Below, one piece after another: positions 8,827 to 18,460 of a DNA stretch of 41,973 bases (within the stretch, counting starts at the first letter, position 1; each line of letters opens with the position of its first letter). The notes under the pieces were generated by a model. It was not told the origin of the DNA. It made no database searches and worked only from the letters and a program-made list of their open reading frames with translations. The translations under genes and the position numbers were made by a program. The stretch covers positions 1-41,973 of the forward strand of contig ONEN01000003.1 in the NCBI GenBank assembly GCA_900316815.1, in the 5' to 3' direction. The DNA is from an uncultured Eubacteriales bacterium. GTDB taxonomy: Bacteria > Bacillota > Clostridia > Oscillospirales > Acutalibacteraceae.

Positions 8827-10135
8827 TTGGTGATTCGTTTGAAATTGATTACTGAAGGAGACAGTCTGGTTAAATCCGTTCTCGGAACCAAAAAGGTCAT
8901 GCCGCAGGCGCGCTACCGCCGGTCGGACTTTGTTGTGCAGCACACTTACCGGGGCAAAAGCTATCTCTTCAATACCTTTACAAAGAAATGCTATCAAATG
9001 GAAGGAGAGGCTTTTGATACGGCGCGCGATAAGCGCTATACTGCTGACGAGGTGGCGGACAGCGCTGCCCTTACCGAGCTGGTCGGCAGTCATTTTCTGG
9101 TGCCCGAGGATAAGGACGAAGCCGAAACCTATGTCAGCTTTTGCTATATTGCCCGTACGCTGAAGCTGAAACAGAGCGGCTAAAGAGGAGACGGTTGCGC
9201 AGACCATCGAGTTCATCAAAAAGGTGCGCAATCCCAAGGAGAAGGTGAATTTCCTTTGGTTCGGCGGAGAGCCTCTGGTGGGCGAGCGGATCATCGACAA
9301 AATTTGCGCGGGTATGCGCGAGGCGGGCATTGAGTACACCTCCCGCATGATTTCCAACGGCAGCCTGATCACGCAGGAGAATATTGTCAAAATGCGCGAC
9401 GAGTGGCACCTGAAGCGGATGCAGATTTCGCTTGACGGTGTGGAGGAGGAGTATAATCGCCGCAAAAATTACTATTTCAACTACGAATCGGCATATTGGC
9501 ACGTGCTGTCGCGCATCAAGCTGATCAACGAAAGCGGTATTTATTTGACTATCCGCGTCAATGTGGATGAGGGCAACATCGACGGCGTGCTGACCATGCT
9601 GGATGACATCGAGAACTTTATTGTCGATCCCAAGCTGATTTCGTTCGATATGGCGCCTCTGTTTGATTTGCGCACCGGGGAGAAGAGCGCTCAAATCTGG
9701 GAAAAGTGCTTTGCCATAGCGGACGCAATCAACGCGCGCGGCTTTCGCACCGCTTCCCATTATTCCGTCAGCAAGACGAAGATCCATTTTTGTATGGCAG
9801 ATACACCGCGCCAATCGCTGGTTATCTCCCCTGAGGGCAAGCTGTACAGCTGCGAGCATGTCGCTTCCGTGGAATCGCTGGGCGACGTTTGGGAGGGCGT
9901 GACCAACACGGCGCTGGTGAAAAAGCTTGAGAGCGTGGAGCCCGCGCAGGAGCACTGCAGGGGCTGCTTCTCGCTGCCGCAGTGTACGACCTTTACGGGC
10001 TGCCCGAATTACAGGACAGACTGCCGCTTTGTCGCGCGCAAGCGCCTGGACGTAGCCCTGGATAAAATGCTGCGCTATTTTGAAAAAAATCAAAAGGACG
10101 GAGAAGATACCGAGGAATCGGACGCCGTCTGCTGA
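8827..10135 (+). pseudogene. Radical SAM/SPASM peptide maturase, split at about 9181 with the CxxxCxxC segment missing
   Basis: N fragment (start 8827 or 8839) ends KQSG-TAA at 9183. The +1 frame resumes at 9182 with KEETVAQTIEFI...WFGGEPL, SNG, QISLDG, IRVN and SPASM cysteines (CMAD, CEH, CRGCFSLPQC...GCP...C). No CxxxCxxC in either fragment. Confidence 0.8.
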
Positions 10136-10165
10136 AAAAAGGCGTGCCGCACGGCACGCCTTTCG
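10135..10165. terminator. Bidirectional terminator (rSAM / tatD)
   Basis: AAAGGCGTGCCG / CGGCACGCCTTT with A and T tracts on the flanks. Confidence 0.8.
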
Positions 10166-10172
10166 TTATGTT

Positions 10173-10940
10173 TTATGATGAAATGTTGTAAAACCGCTTT
10201 GCGTTTTCGCAGGTGATGTCGAGCAGCTCCTGAACGCCGACGCCGCGCAGGGCGGCTATTTTTTCCGCCGCGTAAAGAATCATCGCGCTGTCGCAGCGCT
10301 TGCCGCGATAGGGGACGGGCGCCATGTAGGGCGCGTCGGTTTCGAGCAGCAGGCGGTCAAGCGGCATGTCCGCCGCTACCTCCGGGCTGTGGCGCGCGTT
10401 CTTGAAGGTCACCACGCCGCCTAAGCTGATATAGCAGCCGAGCCGCACCGCTTCGCGCGACAGCTCTACGCTGCCCGAAAAGCAATGCACCAGCGCTTTG
10501 GGCTTGTAGCGGCGCAGCAGGTCAAAGACGTCGCCGTGCGCCTCGCGGTCATGTACGATGATGGGCATGTGCAAATCGAGCGACAGCTCCAGCTGTTCCT
10601 TAAAAACGCGCTGCTGCAGGGGGCGCGGGATGTCCCAGTGGTAGTCCAGCCCCGTTTCGCCGATGGCGACCACCCTGGGGTGCTTTGTCAGGGCGGCAAT
10701 TTGGTCAAGGTAATCGGCGGGCATATCTTCAAGGTTTTCGGGATGAAAGCCCACTGCCGCGTAGAAGTACGGATAGGTCTCCGCAAAAGCGATGGCGCGC
10801 GCCGCCGAAGCTAAATCAACGGCGTTGTTCACGACGCCGCACACGCCGCGGGACGGCAGCTCGCGGAGGAGGGATTCCCTGTCCCCGTCGAACCAGCTGT
10901 CGTCATAATGCGCGTGCGCGTCAAATATATGGTTAAACAT
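10173..10940 (-). CDS. tatD: TatD-family DNase
   Basis: DAHAHY, GFHP, AIGETGLDY, HDREA, HCFSG, ETDAPY. Confidence 0.93.
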   Translation of the reverse strand: MFNHIFDAHAHYDDSWFDGDRESLLRELPSRGVCGVVNNAVDLASAARAIAFAETYPYFYAAVGFHPENLEDMPADYLDQIAALTKHPRVVAIGETGLDYHWDIPRPLQQRVFKEQLELSLDLHMPIIVHDREAHGDVFDLLRRYKPKALVHCFSGSVELSREAVRLGCYISLGGVVTFKNARHSPEVAADMPLDRLLLETDAPYMAPVPYRGKRCDSAMILYAAEKIAALRGVGVQELLDITCENAKRFYNISS

Positions 10941-11008
10941 GAGCAGTTCCTACCTGTAAAAAGCAGGGGCGCACGGTCGGGTGCGCCCCGTTGTTGTTTT
11001 GTATTTTG

Positions 11009-12970
11009 TCAGCTGATTTTCCAGCCTGCGGGCATGTCGTCGCCGAGGATGACCAGCCTGAGCTGCTCCTTTTCTCCCTCGCCGTGAACCGCCGAGAGAA
11101 TCATGCCGTGGCTTTCAATGCCGCAAAGCTTGACGGGCTTGAGGTTGGACACAAAGAGAATCTTCTTGCCCACCAGATCCTCGGGCTTGTAGTATTTGGC
11201 GATGCCGCTGACGATAGTGCGCTCGTCCGCGCCGTCAAAAATGGTGAATTGCAGCAGCTTCTTGGACTTTTTTACCTTTTCGCACGCCTTGACTTCACCG
11301 ACGCGGATGTCGCTTTTGGCAAAATCGTCAATGCCGATCTGCGCCACATTGGCAAGCTCCTCGCGGATCGCCTTTACCTCTTCGCTTTCGCCGTCATTGT
11401 TTTTGATGATGGCGTTCAGCTCCTCGATCTCCTTCTCCACGTCAATGCGGGGGAAGAGCGCCTCGCCCTTCTTGACGGTCACGCAGAGCGGCAACGCGCC
11501 GAATTGGTTTGCCTTGTCGTAGCCCGCGCACTTTTCGCACGCGCCGATCTGCTCCAGCGCCTTGGGCATGGTGGTCGGCATGAACGCCGACAGCAGGGTC
11601 GTCACGATGCGGATGGTGTCGAGCAGGTTGTAGAGCACCGTAGCCAGACGCGGGCGCTTGGCTTCATCCTTCGCCAGAACCCACGGGGTCGTCTCGTCGA
11701 TGTATTTGTTCGCGCGGGAAACCACCTTGAAGATTTCCGCCAGCGCGTTCTGCAGCTGCGTTTTGTCGATAAAGCCGTCCACCTTGTCGCGCAGGGCGGT
11801 CGCCTCGGCAATCAGATCGTCGTCAAATTCGCCGCTTTCGCGCTCAGCGGGCAGGGTGCCGCCGAAGTATTTTTCCACCATTGCCACGGTGCGGGAAACC
11901 AGGTTGCCCAGACCGTTCGCCAGGTCAGAGTTGATGCGGTTGATCATGATCTCGTTGGAGAATGAGCTGTCCGCGCCCAGCGCCATCTCGCGCATGATGT
12001 GGTAGCGGATGGCGTCCGCGCCGTAGCGCTTGCCCAGTACGAACGGGTCTACCACGTTGCCGAGGGATTTGGACATTTTTTGACCGTTAAAGGTGATCCA
12101 GCCGTGAACCGCCAGATGCTTGGGCAGCGGCAGCTCGAGCGCCATCAGCATGGCGGGCCAGATGATCGCGTGGAAGCGCATGATGTCCTTGGCGACCATG
12201 TGGACGTCGGCGGGCCAGTATTTGTCGTAATCGTTGTAGCGGCCGTTCAGGTAGCCCAGAGCGGTGATATAGTTGGAGAGCGCGTCGATCCAGACATAGA
12301 CAACGTGCTTCTCGTCAAAGGTGACGGGAATGCCCCAGCTGAACGAGGTGCGCGAAACGCACAGATCCTCCAGACCGGGCTTGATGAAGTTGTTCACCAG
12401 CTCGGTGGCGCGGGTCTTGGGCTGCAGGTAGTCGGTTTCGGTCAGCAGCTTTTCGATGCGCTCGGCAAAGGGGGACATTTTGAGGAAGTACGCCTCCTCC
12501 TTGGCTTCCACGACCTCTCTGCCGCACTCGGGACATTTGCCGTCAACCAGCTGGCTTTCCGTCCAGAAGCTCTCGCAGGGCGTGCAGTATTTGCCCTTGT
12601 ATTCGCCCTTGTAAATATAGCCGCGGTCGTACAGCTCTTTGAAAATCTTCTGTACGCTTTCCACATGGTAGTCGTCGGTGGTGCGGATGTAGCGGTCGTA
12701 GCTGATGTTCATAAAGCGCCACAGGCCCTTGAAAATCTCGGCGATCTCGTCAACGTATTCCTTGGGAGTAACGCCCTTTTCGGCGGCTTTCTGCTCAATT
12801 TTCAGACCGTGCTCGTCCGTGCCCGTCAGAAACATGACGTCGTATCCCTGCATACGTCTGTAGCGCGCGATGGAGTCGCAGGCTACGGTGGTGTAGCAGT
12901 GCCCGATGTGCGGGTTGCCCGAGGGATAATAAATCGGCGTTGTGATATAATACGGTTTTTTCTCACACAT
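11009..12970 (-). CDS. metG: Methionine--tRNA ligase with C-terminal tRNA-binding domain
   Basis: ITTPIYYPSG, HIGH, GTDEHG, zinc knuckle, KMSKS, C-terminal OB fold. Confidence 0.97.
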   Translation of the reverse strand: MCEKKPYYITTPIYYPSGNPHIGHCYTTVACDSIARYRRMQGYDVMFLTGTDEHGLKIEQKAAEKGVTPKEYVDEIAEIFKGLWRFMNISYDRYIRTTDDYHVESVQKIFKELYDRGYIYKGEYKGKYCTPCESFWTESQLVDGKCPECGREVVEAKEEAYFLKMSPFAERIEKLLTETDYLQPKTRATELVNNFIKPGLEDLCVSRTSFSWGIPVTFDEKHVVYVWIDALSNYITALGYLNGRYNDYDKYWPADVHMVAKDIMRFHAIIWPAMLMALELPLPKHLAVHGWITFNGQKMSKSLGNVVDPFVLGKRYGADAIRYHIMREMALGADSSFSNEIMINRINSDLANGLGNLVSRTVAMVEKYFGGTLPAERESGEFDDDLIAEATALRDKVDGFIDKTQLQNALAEIFKVVSRANKYIDETTPWVLAKDEAKRPRLATVLYNLLDTIRIVTTLLSAFMPTTMPKALEQIGACEKCAGYDKANQFGALPLCVTVKKGEALFPRIDVEKEIEELNAIIKNNDGESEEVKAIREELANVAQIGIDDFAKSDIRVGEVKACEKVKKSKKLLQFTIFDGADERTIVSGIAKYYKPEDLVGKKILFVSNLKPVKLCGIESHGMILSAVHGEGEKEQLRLVILGDDMPAGWKIS

Positions 12971-13054
12971 ATTTTGTCCTCCTTAGGCCTGTTCAGCCAA
13001 AATTTGCTTTAACCACTATTATATCAAATTTCGTCCGCTATTGCAAGCCCGTGA

Positions 13055-13408
13055 TTATTTATCCCGTGATTTTGAGAACAGCGCCGCGCAAAGGGAAAAG
13101 AACAGCGCCGCCGCCACGCCGCCCGCCGCGCTCTTGAGCCCGCCCGTGAGGATGCCGAGCGCGCCGTCCCGGCGCAGCGCGTCGCGCACGCCCTGCGCCA
13201 TCAGGCTGCCGAAGCCGCAAATCGGCACCGCGGCGCCCTCCTGTCCGAAATCCGTCAGCGGTTGGTAGAGTCCCAGCGCGCCCAGGATGACGCCCGCCAC
13301 CACAAAGGAGGTGAGAATGCGTGCGGGGGTGAGGTTGGTTTTGTCAATGAGCAGCTGACCGATCACACAGATCGCGCCGCCCGTGAGAAACGCTAAGAAA
13401 ATCGACAT
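13055..13408 (-). CDS. spoVAE: Stage V sporulation protein AE (SpoVAC/AEB family)
   Basis: AFLTGGAICVIGQLLID, LTPARIL, GAAVPICGFG. Confidence 0.85.
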   Translation of the reverse strand: MSIFLAFLTGGAICVIGQLLIDKTNLTPARILTSFVVAGVILGALGLYQPLTDFGQEGAAVPICGFGSLMAQGVRDALRRDGALGILTGGLKSAAGGVAAALFFSLCAALFSKSRDK

Positions 13409-13431
13409 GGAAAGACTCCTTCCTTTTTTGG

Positions 13432-13460
13432 TAGCGTGCCCCGTTTCGGCGGAAAAATAC
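13432..13460 (-). promoter_or_regulatory. Possible sigma-G (forespore) promoter of spoVAE
   Basis: Minus strand GTATT-N17-CACGCTA resembles the sigma-G consensus. Confidence 0.4.
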
Positions 13461-13617
13461 GCCCGAAGGGGGCTTGCGGAAAACGGAGGGGCGAGAATGT
13501 GACAAATTTCTGAAAATTCTGAAAATTTACAAAATCCGCTACCAAAACGGAATAATTTATGTTACAATACAGAATGGATTAAAATGCAGGGGGAAACCCT
13601 GCCAAGGAGTGAAACAG

Positions 13618-14565
13618 ATGATAGAGGTAAAGAACCTCAGTAAACGCTATGGCAAAATCACGGCGCTGGATAATATCAGCTTTACCGTAGATACGGGCGA
13701 GGTGCTGGGCTTTCTGGGACCGAACGGCGCGGGAAAGTCTACCACGATGAATATTATCACGGGCTATATTTCTTCCACGTCGGGCACCGTTACGGTGGAC
13801 GGAAGCGAGATTTTGGCGGAGCCGAAGAAAACCAAGCAGAAAATCGGCTATCTGCCCGAGATCCCGCCGCTGTATGTCGATATGACGGTGCGCAAATATC
13901 TGGATTTTATGTTTGACCTCAAGCGCGTCAAGCTGCCAAAGAAGGAGCATGTCGGCGAGGTGATGCGGCTGGTCGGGCTGGAAAAGCACGGCGACCGCCT
14001 GATTAAGAACCTGTCAAAGGGCTACCGCCAGCGCGTCGGCTTTGCGCAGGCGCTTCTGGGCAATCCGCCCGTCATCATCCTTGACGAGCCGACGGTCGGC
14101 CTTGACCCCAAGCAGATCATCGAGATCCGCAAGCTGATCAAGAGCCTGGGCAAAAAGCATACCGTTATTTTCTCGTCCCATGTGCTCAGCGAAATTTCCG
14201 CTACCTGCGACCGCATTATCATTATCGCGGACGGAAAGCTTGTTGCCGACGCCAAAACGGATGAGCTGTCGAGCGTGCTGTCCAACGAGAGGGAGCTGAC
14301 GGCGGTCATCGAGGGCAAGGCTTCGGAGATCCTGGCGGAGCTGAAAAAGATTCCCGATGTGACAAGGGCGAAAAAGACGGAGAGCGTTTCTAATAACGCG
14401 GGACGCTACAGCATAGAGTATAAGCAGGGCGCCGACGTGCGGCGCGAGGTATTTAACGCGATGGCGCGGATCTATTGCCCGATTCTGGAACTGAAGGCGG
14501 GCACCGAGAGCCTGGAGGAGCTTTATCTGAAGCTTACCTCCGAAACGAAAGGGGGAGAGGCGTAA
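13618..14565 (+). CDS. ABC transporter ATP-binding protein (GldA-like)
   Basis: GPNGAGKST, LSKGYRQR, ILDEPT, SSH; SD AAGGAG before ATG 13618. Confidence 0.9.
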   Translation: MIEVKNLSKRYGKITALDNISFTVDTGEVLGFLGPNGAGKSTTMNIITGYISSTSGTVTVDGSEILAEPKKTKQKIGYLPEIPPLYVDMTVRKYLDFMFDLKRVKLPKKEHVGEVMRLVGLEKHGDRLIKNLSKGYRQRVGFAQALLGNPPVIILDEPTVGLDPKQIIEIRKLIKSLGKKHTVIFSSHVLSEISATCDRIIIIADGKLVADAKTDELSSVLSNERELTAVIEGKASEILAELKKIPDVTRAKKTESVSNNAGRYSIEYKQGADVRREVFNAMARIYCPILELKAGTESLEELYLKLTSETKGGEA

Positions 14566-15269
14566 TGGTTGCTATTTATAAACGCGAGATGTCGGGTTAC
14601 TTCAGCTCGGCAATTGCCTATGTGGTGCTGGCGGTGTATTATTTCTTCTCGGGACTGTTTTTCTACACCTACTGCTTCTACCGTGATTCCGCGAGCCTTT
14701 CCTATGTGTTCGCGAATATGTTCTACATTGTGATGTTCATTATTCCCGTGCTGACGATGAAGACCTTCTCTGAGGAAAAGCGCCAGAAGTCCGACCAGGC
14801 GCTGCTCACCTCACCTGTGAGCCTCACCGAGATCGTGCTGGGCAAGTTCCTCGGCGCGCTGACGATTTATGCGATGTGCTGCGCCATCTTCCTTGTGTAC
14901 GGCGTTGTGATTTCCTTCTTCGCGCAGCCGCAGTGGTCGGTGGTGCTCTGCACCCTGCTGGGACTGCTGCTGCTGGGAGCGGGCATGATCGCGATCAACA
15001 TCTTTATTTCGTCGCTGACCGAGAGCATGGTGGTGGCGGCTGTCATCGGCATGGCGGCAGGTCTGGTTATCGACACCATGGGCTACTTTGTCAGCCTGAT
15101 TCCCGTGGACTGGATCCAGTTTGCACTGGGAAAAATCAATTTCCTGAGCTACTATACGAATTTTACCTACGGCATTCTCAGTGTCGTTGACGTTATCTTT
15201 TTCCTGAGCGTGGCGGGACTCTTCCTGTTCTTCACCGTCCGCGTTCTGGAAAGACGCCGCTGGAGCTAA
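14565..15269 (+). CDS. ABC-2 permease (GldF-like)
   Basis: AIYKREM..YF, LTMKTFSEEKRQKSDQALLTSP, LGKF, ends ERRRWS; about 6 TM helices. Confidence 0.85.
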   Translation: MVAIYKREMSGYFSSAIAYVVLAVYYFFSGLFFYTYCFYRDSASLSYVFANMFYIVMFIIPVLTMKTFSEEKRQKSDQALLTSPVSLTEIVLGKFLGALTIYAMCCAIFLVYGVVISFFAQPQWSVVLCTLLGLLLLGAGMIAINIFISSLTESMVVAAVIGMAAGLVIDTMGYFVSLIPVDWIQFALGKINFLSYYTNFTYGILSVVDVIFFLSVAGLFLFFTVRVLERRRWS

Positions 15270-15280
15270 GGAGGGATATC

Positions 15281-16960
15281 ATGGCTGAGAAAAAACAAAC
15301 CTCCGCGCAGGCGGAACTGACAGAGGAAACAATGACGGACAGCAAGGTGGAAACGACAACGGAAAACGAGAATATAGAAACCAAGACAGAAACAGCGGAA
15401 AACGAGAGCACCGAAACCAAGAAGGATACAAAAAAGAAGGATAAAAAGCCAAAGAAGGAATCAGAGAGCAAGGGCGGCTTGAAGGCGCTGCTGCGCTCGC
15501 GCAAGCTGCGCCACGGTTCGCTGGCGGTCGTGTTTACCGCGGTGGCGGTAGCGGTCGTCATACTGGTGAACATCGTGGCGGGGCTGCTGGTGGATCGTTT
15601 TCCCGATCTGAAGGCGGACTTCACCGCTAACAAGGCGTTCGCGCTGTCCGACGACACCAGGGATTATATGAGCCACCTGAGCAAGGACATCAAGTTCTAC
15701 ATCATCTCAAAAGAGGACGACTTTGTGAACACCGACTCCTATTTTGTGCAGGCGAAGAACCTGCTTGACAAAATGAAGTCGACCTCCGACGGCAAGTTCA
15801 CCTTTGAGTTTGTGGACACCACCGAAAACCCGCAGTTTACACAGCAATTCCCCAACGTCGACTGGAAATCAAAGAGCGTGCTCGGCGTGGTTGCCTGCGG
15901 CGAGCAGTATAAGGCGCTGGAGGTCAAGGATTGCTTCACCTACAACGAGGACTATTACAACTACTACGGCGTGTACGAGTGGACGGGCACTACCATTGAG
16001 CAGGCGATCGTGAAGAGCGCGCTCAACGTGACCACCAACGACAAGGTGATTGTGGATGTGCTCACGGGCGAAGGCGAGGTAAGCGAGAACGGCTACGGCG
16101 GTCTCTCCTCGCTGATGAGCGACAACGCCTACCAGGTCAACGAGGTTTCGCTTCTGACGGGCGAGCTGGATAAGGACGCGCGCGTGGTGCTGCTTTATGC
16201 GCCTGCGACCGACCTCAGCGACGAGGCGGCGGAAGCGCTGCGCACCTGGCTGGAGAACGACGGAAAATACGGCAAAACGCTGATTTATGCGGCGAATGTC
16301 GATCCCACCGTTACCCCCGTCAAAACGCCGAACATCGACGCTATCCTCAGCGACTGGGGCATGGAGGTGAACAGCGGTATCGTGTACGACACCGATCCCA
16401 ACCATATGCTGAACAACGCACCGCTTTACACCTTTATTCTGGATTACAACAAAGAGTATTACATGGACAATCTGAAAAACAGCAGTATTCCCGTGCTCAA
16501 CGAGATGGCGTCGGGTATCACCATCAAGGACGCCAACACCGCGCACGCGCTGCTGCAGACCTCCGACAAGGCGGGCATTGTGCCGTTGGATGCGACAAGT
16601 GATTTTGACATTAACGCCCATGTGACGGGCGAGCCGATCGCCATTGCGGCGGAGGGCAAGAAAGCGGGCACCGAAACCTACTCCAATGTGATCGTGTTCA
16701 GCACCAAGGCCATGCTGGTGGCAAACAAGCTGTCCTACGCGAGCTTCAACAACGGCGCCTACTTTATGAACATGCTCAATACCATCACCGAAAAAGAGGA
16801 TAACACGGTTGTGATCGAAAGCAAAAATATGGAGAGCGCAACGCTCGGCGCACCGAGCTCGGAGACCTCCAACGCGGTCATGGTCGTCTTTATGTTCGTG
16901 ATTCCCGGGTTGATTCTGGCAGCGGGAATCGTCCTTTGGATCATTAGGAGGAACCGCTGA
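15281..16960 (+). CDS. GldG-like ABC transporter auxiliary protein
   Basis: N-terminal TM helix, DFTANKAFALSDDT, TGEGE, AP.TDLS, C-terminal TM helix ending RRNR; charged low-complexity N-terminal extension. Confidence 0.75.
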   Translation: MAEKKQTSAQAELTEETMTDSKVETTTENENIETKTETAENESTETKKDTKKKDKKPKKESESKGGLKALLRSRKLRHGSLAVVFTAVAVAVVILVNIVAGLLVDRFPDLKADFTANKAFALSDDTRDYMSHLSKDIKFYIISKEDDFVNTDSYFVQAKNLLDKMKSTSDGKFTFEFVDTTENPQFTQQFPNVDWKSKSVLGVVACGEQYKALEVKDCFTYNEDYYNYYGVYEWTGTTIEQAIVKSALNVTTNDKVIVDVLTGEGEVSENGYGGLSSLMSDNAYQVNEVSLLTGELDKDARVVLLYAPATDLSDEAAEALRTWLENDGKYGKTLIYAANVDPTVTPVKTPNIDAILSDWGMEVNSGIVYDTDPNHMLNNAPLYTFILDYNKEYYMDNLKNSSIPVLNEMASGITIKDANTAHALLQTSDKAGIVPLDATSDFDINAHVTGEPIAIAAEGKKAGTETYSNVIVFSTKAMLVANKLSYASFNNGAYFMNMLNTITEKEDNTVVIESKNMESATLGAPSSETSNAVMVVFMFVIPGLILAAGIVLWIIRRNR

Positions 16961-18459
16961 TGAACAAGAAAAAAGGAATTATTATTGCCGCGGTGATAGC
17001 GGTGGTGCTTGCGGCGGCGCTGGTGGTACTGCTGGTGGTGCCCAAGGGCGGCTCCGACGACAAGGACAAGGGAATTGACCACGGCACCGATATGGAGCTG
17101 TCCACCGACAAGGACGGTCTGCACCAGGCGAAGGTGGTGACCGACAAGGACGGCAACATTCCCAACAACAGCTACGGCACCCTGATGGAATATTATCCCG
17201 CCAATATCCATAATATCCATGTGGAAAACACCTCGGGCGCCTTTGATGTCGTCATGGATACTCCCGAGGGAGAGGCGACGGTTTATAAAATCAAGGGCTT
17301 TGAGGATTTTAACCTGCAGAGCGGCAACCCCGACCTGATTGCCAGCGCGGCGGCGAAGCTCAGCTTTACCAAGGTGGCGACGCTCGACAAGGACAAGGGC
17401 AAGGAGTTCGGCTTTGACAAGCCGCGCTCCACGGTGACGGTCAGCTACACCGACAACACCAAGGCGATCATCATTGTCGGCAACGACGCGCCCAAGCAGG
17501 CGGGCACCTATATCCGCTTCGGCACGGGCGACGCGGTGTATGTGGCGGACACGGAAACCGTGAAGGCGTTTGACTACAGCATCAACGACCTGATCAGCCT
17601 GACCGTCAACGGCACGGCGGACAACACCGAGAACAACGAGGCAAGCTCCATCACGCTTTCGGGCGCGGGCTTCCCCAAGGAGGTGGAGCTGGTGCCGAAC
17701 ACCAACACCAACTATTCCGCCTCCTATCAGATGACGGCTCCCGTCAAAAGACTGGCGAACGAGAACGAGAGCAGCCTGGTGACGGGCGGCATCCGCGGTC
17801 TGTACGCCACATCGGTCAAGCTGGTGAATCCCTCCGACAAGCAGCTCGCGGAGCTGGGACTCGACAAGCCCAACGCAAAGCTGACGGCGGTGTATCCCGA
17901 CACCAAGGTGGAGCTGATCGCCACCAAGCCCGACAGCGAAGGCAACGTATTGCTGATGGCGGACGGCAAGAAGGTCGTGTATGTTGTTTCCGCCGACAAG
18001 GTGCCGTGGAGCAAGACGAGCTACGAGAAGCTCTGCGGCGAATATGTGTGCTGTCCCAAGCTGACCGCGCTCACGGGCGTGACCGTCAAGGCGGACGGCA
18101 AGAGCTATGAATTCAAGCTCAGCTCGCACGAATCCGTTACGACCGACGACAAGGGCAACGAGACCTCCGCCACGGTGACGACCGTCACCTACGGCGACAA
18201 GGAAATAGAAATCGGCAAGTTCTCCGACTTCTTCAACAAGATTGCCCTGATCGGTTTGGCGGACGCCAAGACCGACAACGGCGGCAGCAAGGAAGCGCTC
18301 GCCGTTACCTACACCTTTGAGGATGACAGCAGCGACACCGTGCAGTTCTTTGAGACGGGCGACAAATACGGCGCCAAGCTCAACGGGGAGGTTGCGGGTC
18401 ACAGCAACAAAGGCGATATCACACGCGCCGTCAAGGGCGTTGCAGAGGTAATCAAATAA
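16960..18459 (+). CDS. DUF4340-like membrane-anchored protein
   Basis: N-terminal anchor and repeated FGFDKP / LGLDKP motifs; usual position after gldG-like genes. Confidence 0.65.
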   Translation: MNKKKGIIIAAVIAVVLAAALVVLLVVPKGGSDDKDKGIDHGTDMELSTDKDGLHQAKVVTDKDGNIPNNSYGTLMEYYPANIHNIHVENTSGAFDVVMDTPEGEATVYKIKGFEDFNLQSGNPDLIASAAAKLSFTKVATLDKDKGKEFGFDKPRSTVTVSYTDNTKAIIIVGNDAPKQAGTYIRFGTGDAVYVADTETVKAFDYSINDLISLTVNGTADNTENNEASSITLSGAGFPKEVELVPNTNTNYSASYQMTAPVKRLANENESSLVTGGIRGLYATSVKLVNPSDKQLAELGLDKPNAKLTAVYPDTKVELIATKPDSEGNVLLMADGKKVVYVVSADKVPWSKTSYEKLCGEYVCCPKLTALTGVTVKADGKSYEFKLSSHESVTTDDKGNETSATVTTVTYGDKEIEIGKFSDFFNKIALIGLADAKTDNGGSKEALAVTYTFEDDSSDTVQFFETGDKYGAKLNGEVAGHSNKGDITRAVKGVAEVIK

Positions 18460-18460
18460 G

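Noticed and set aside
9175-9190. Programmed frameshift or readthrough restoring the rSAM
   Set aside because: Restoring the frame would still give a protein without CxxxCxxC; sequence is missing.
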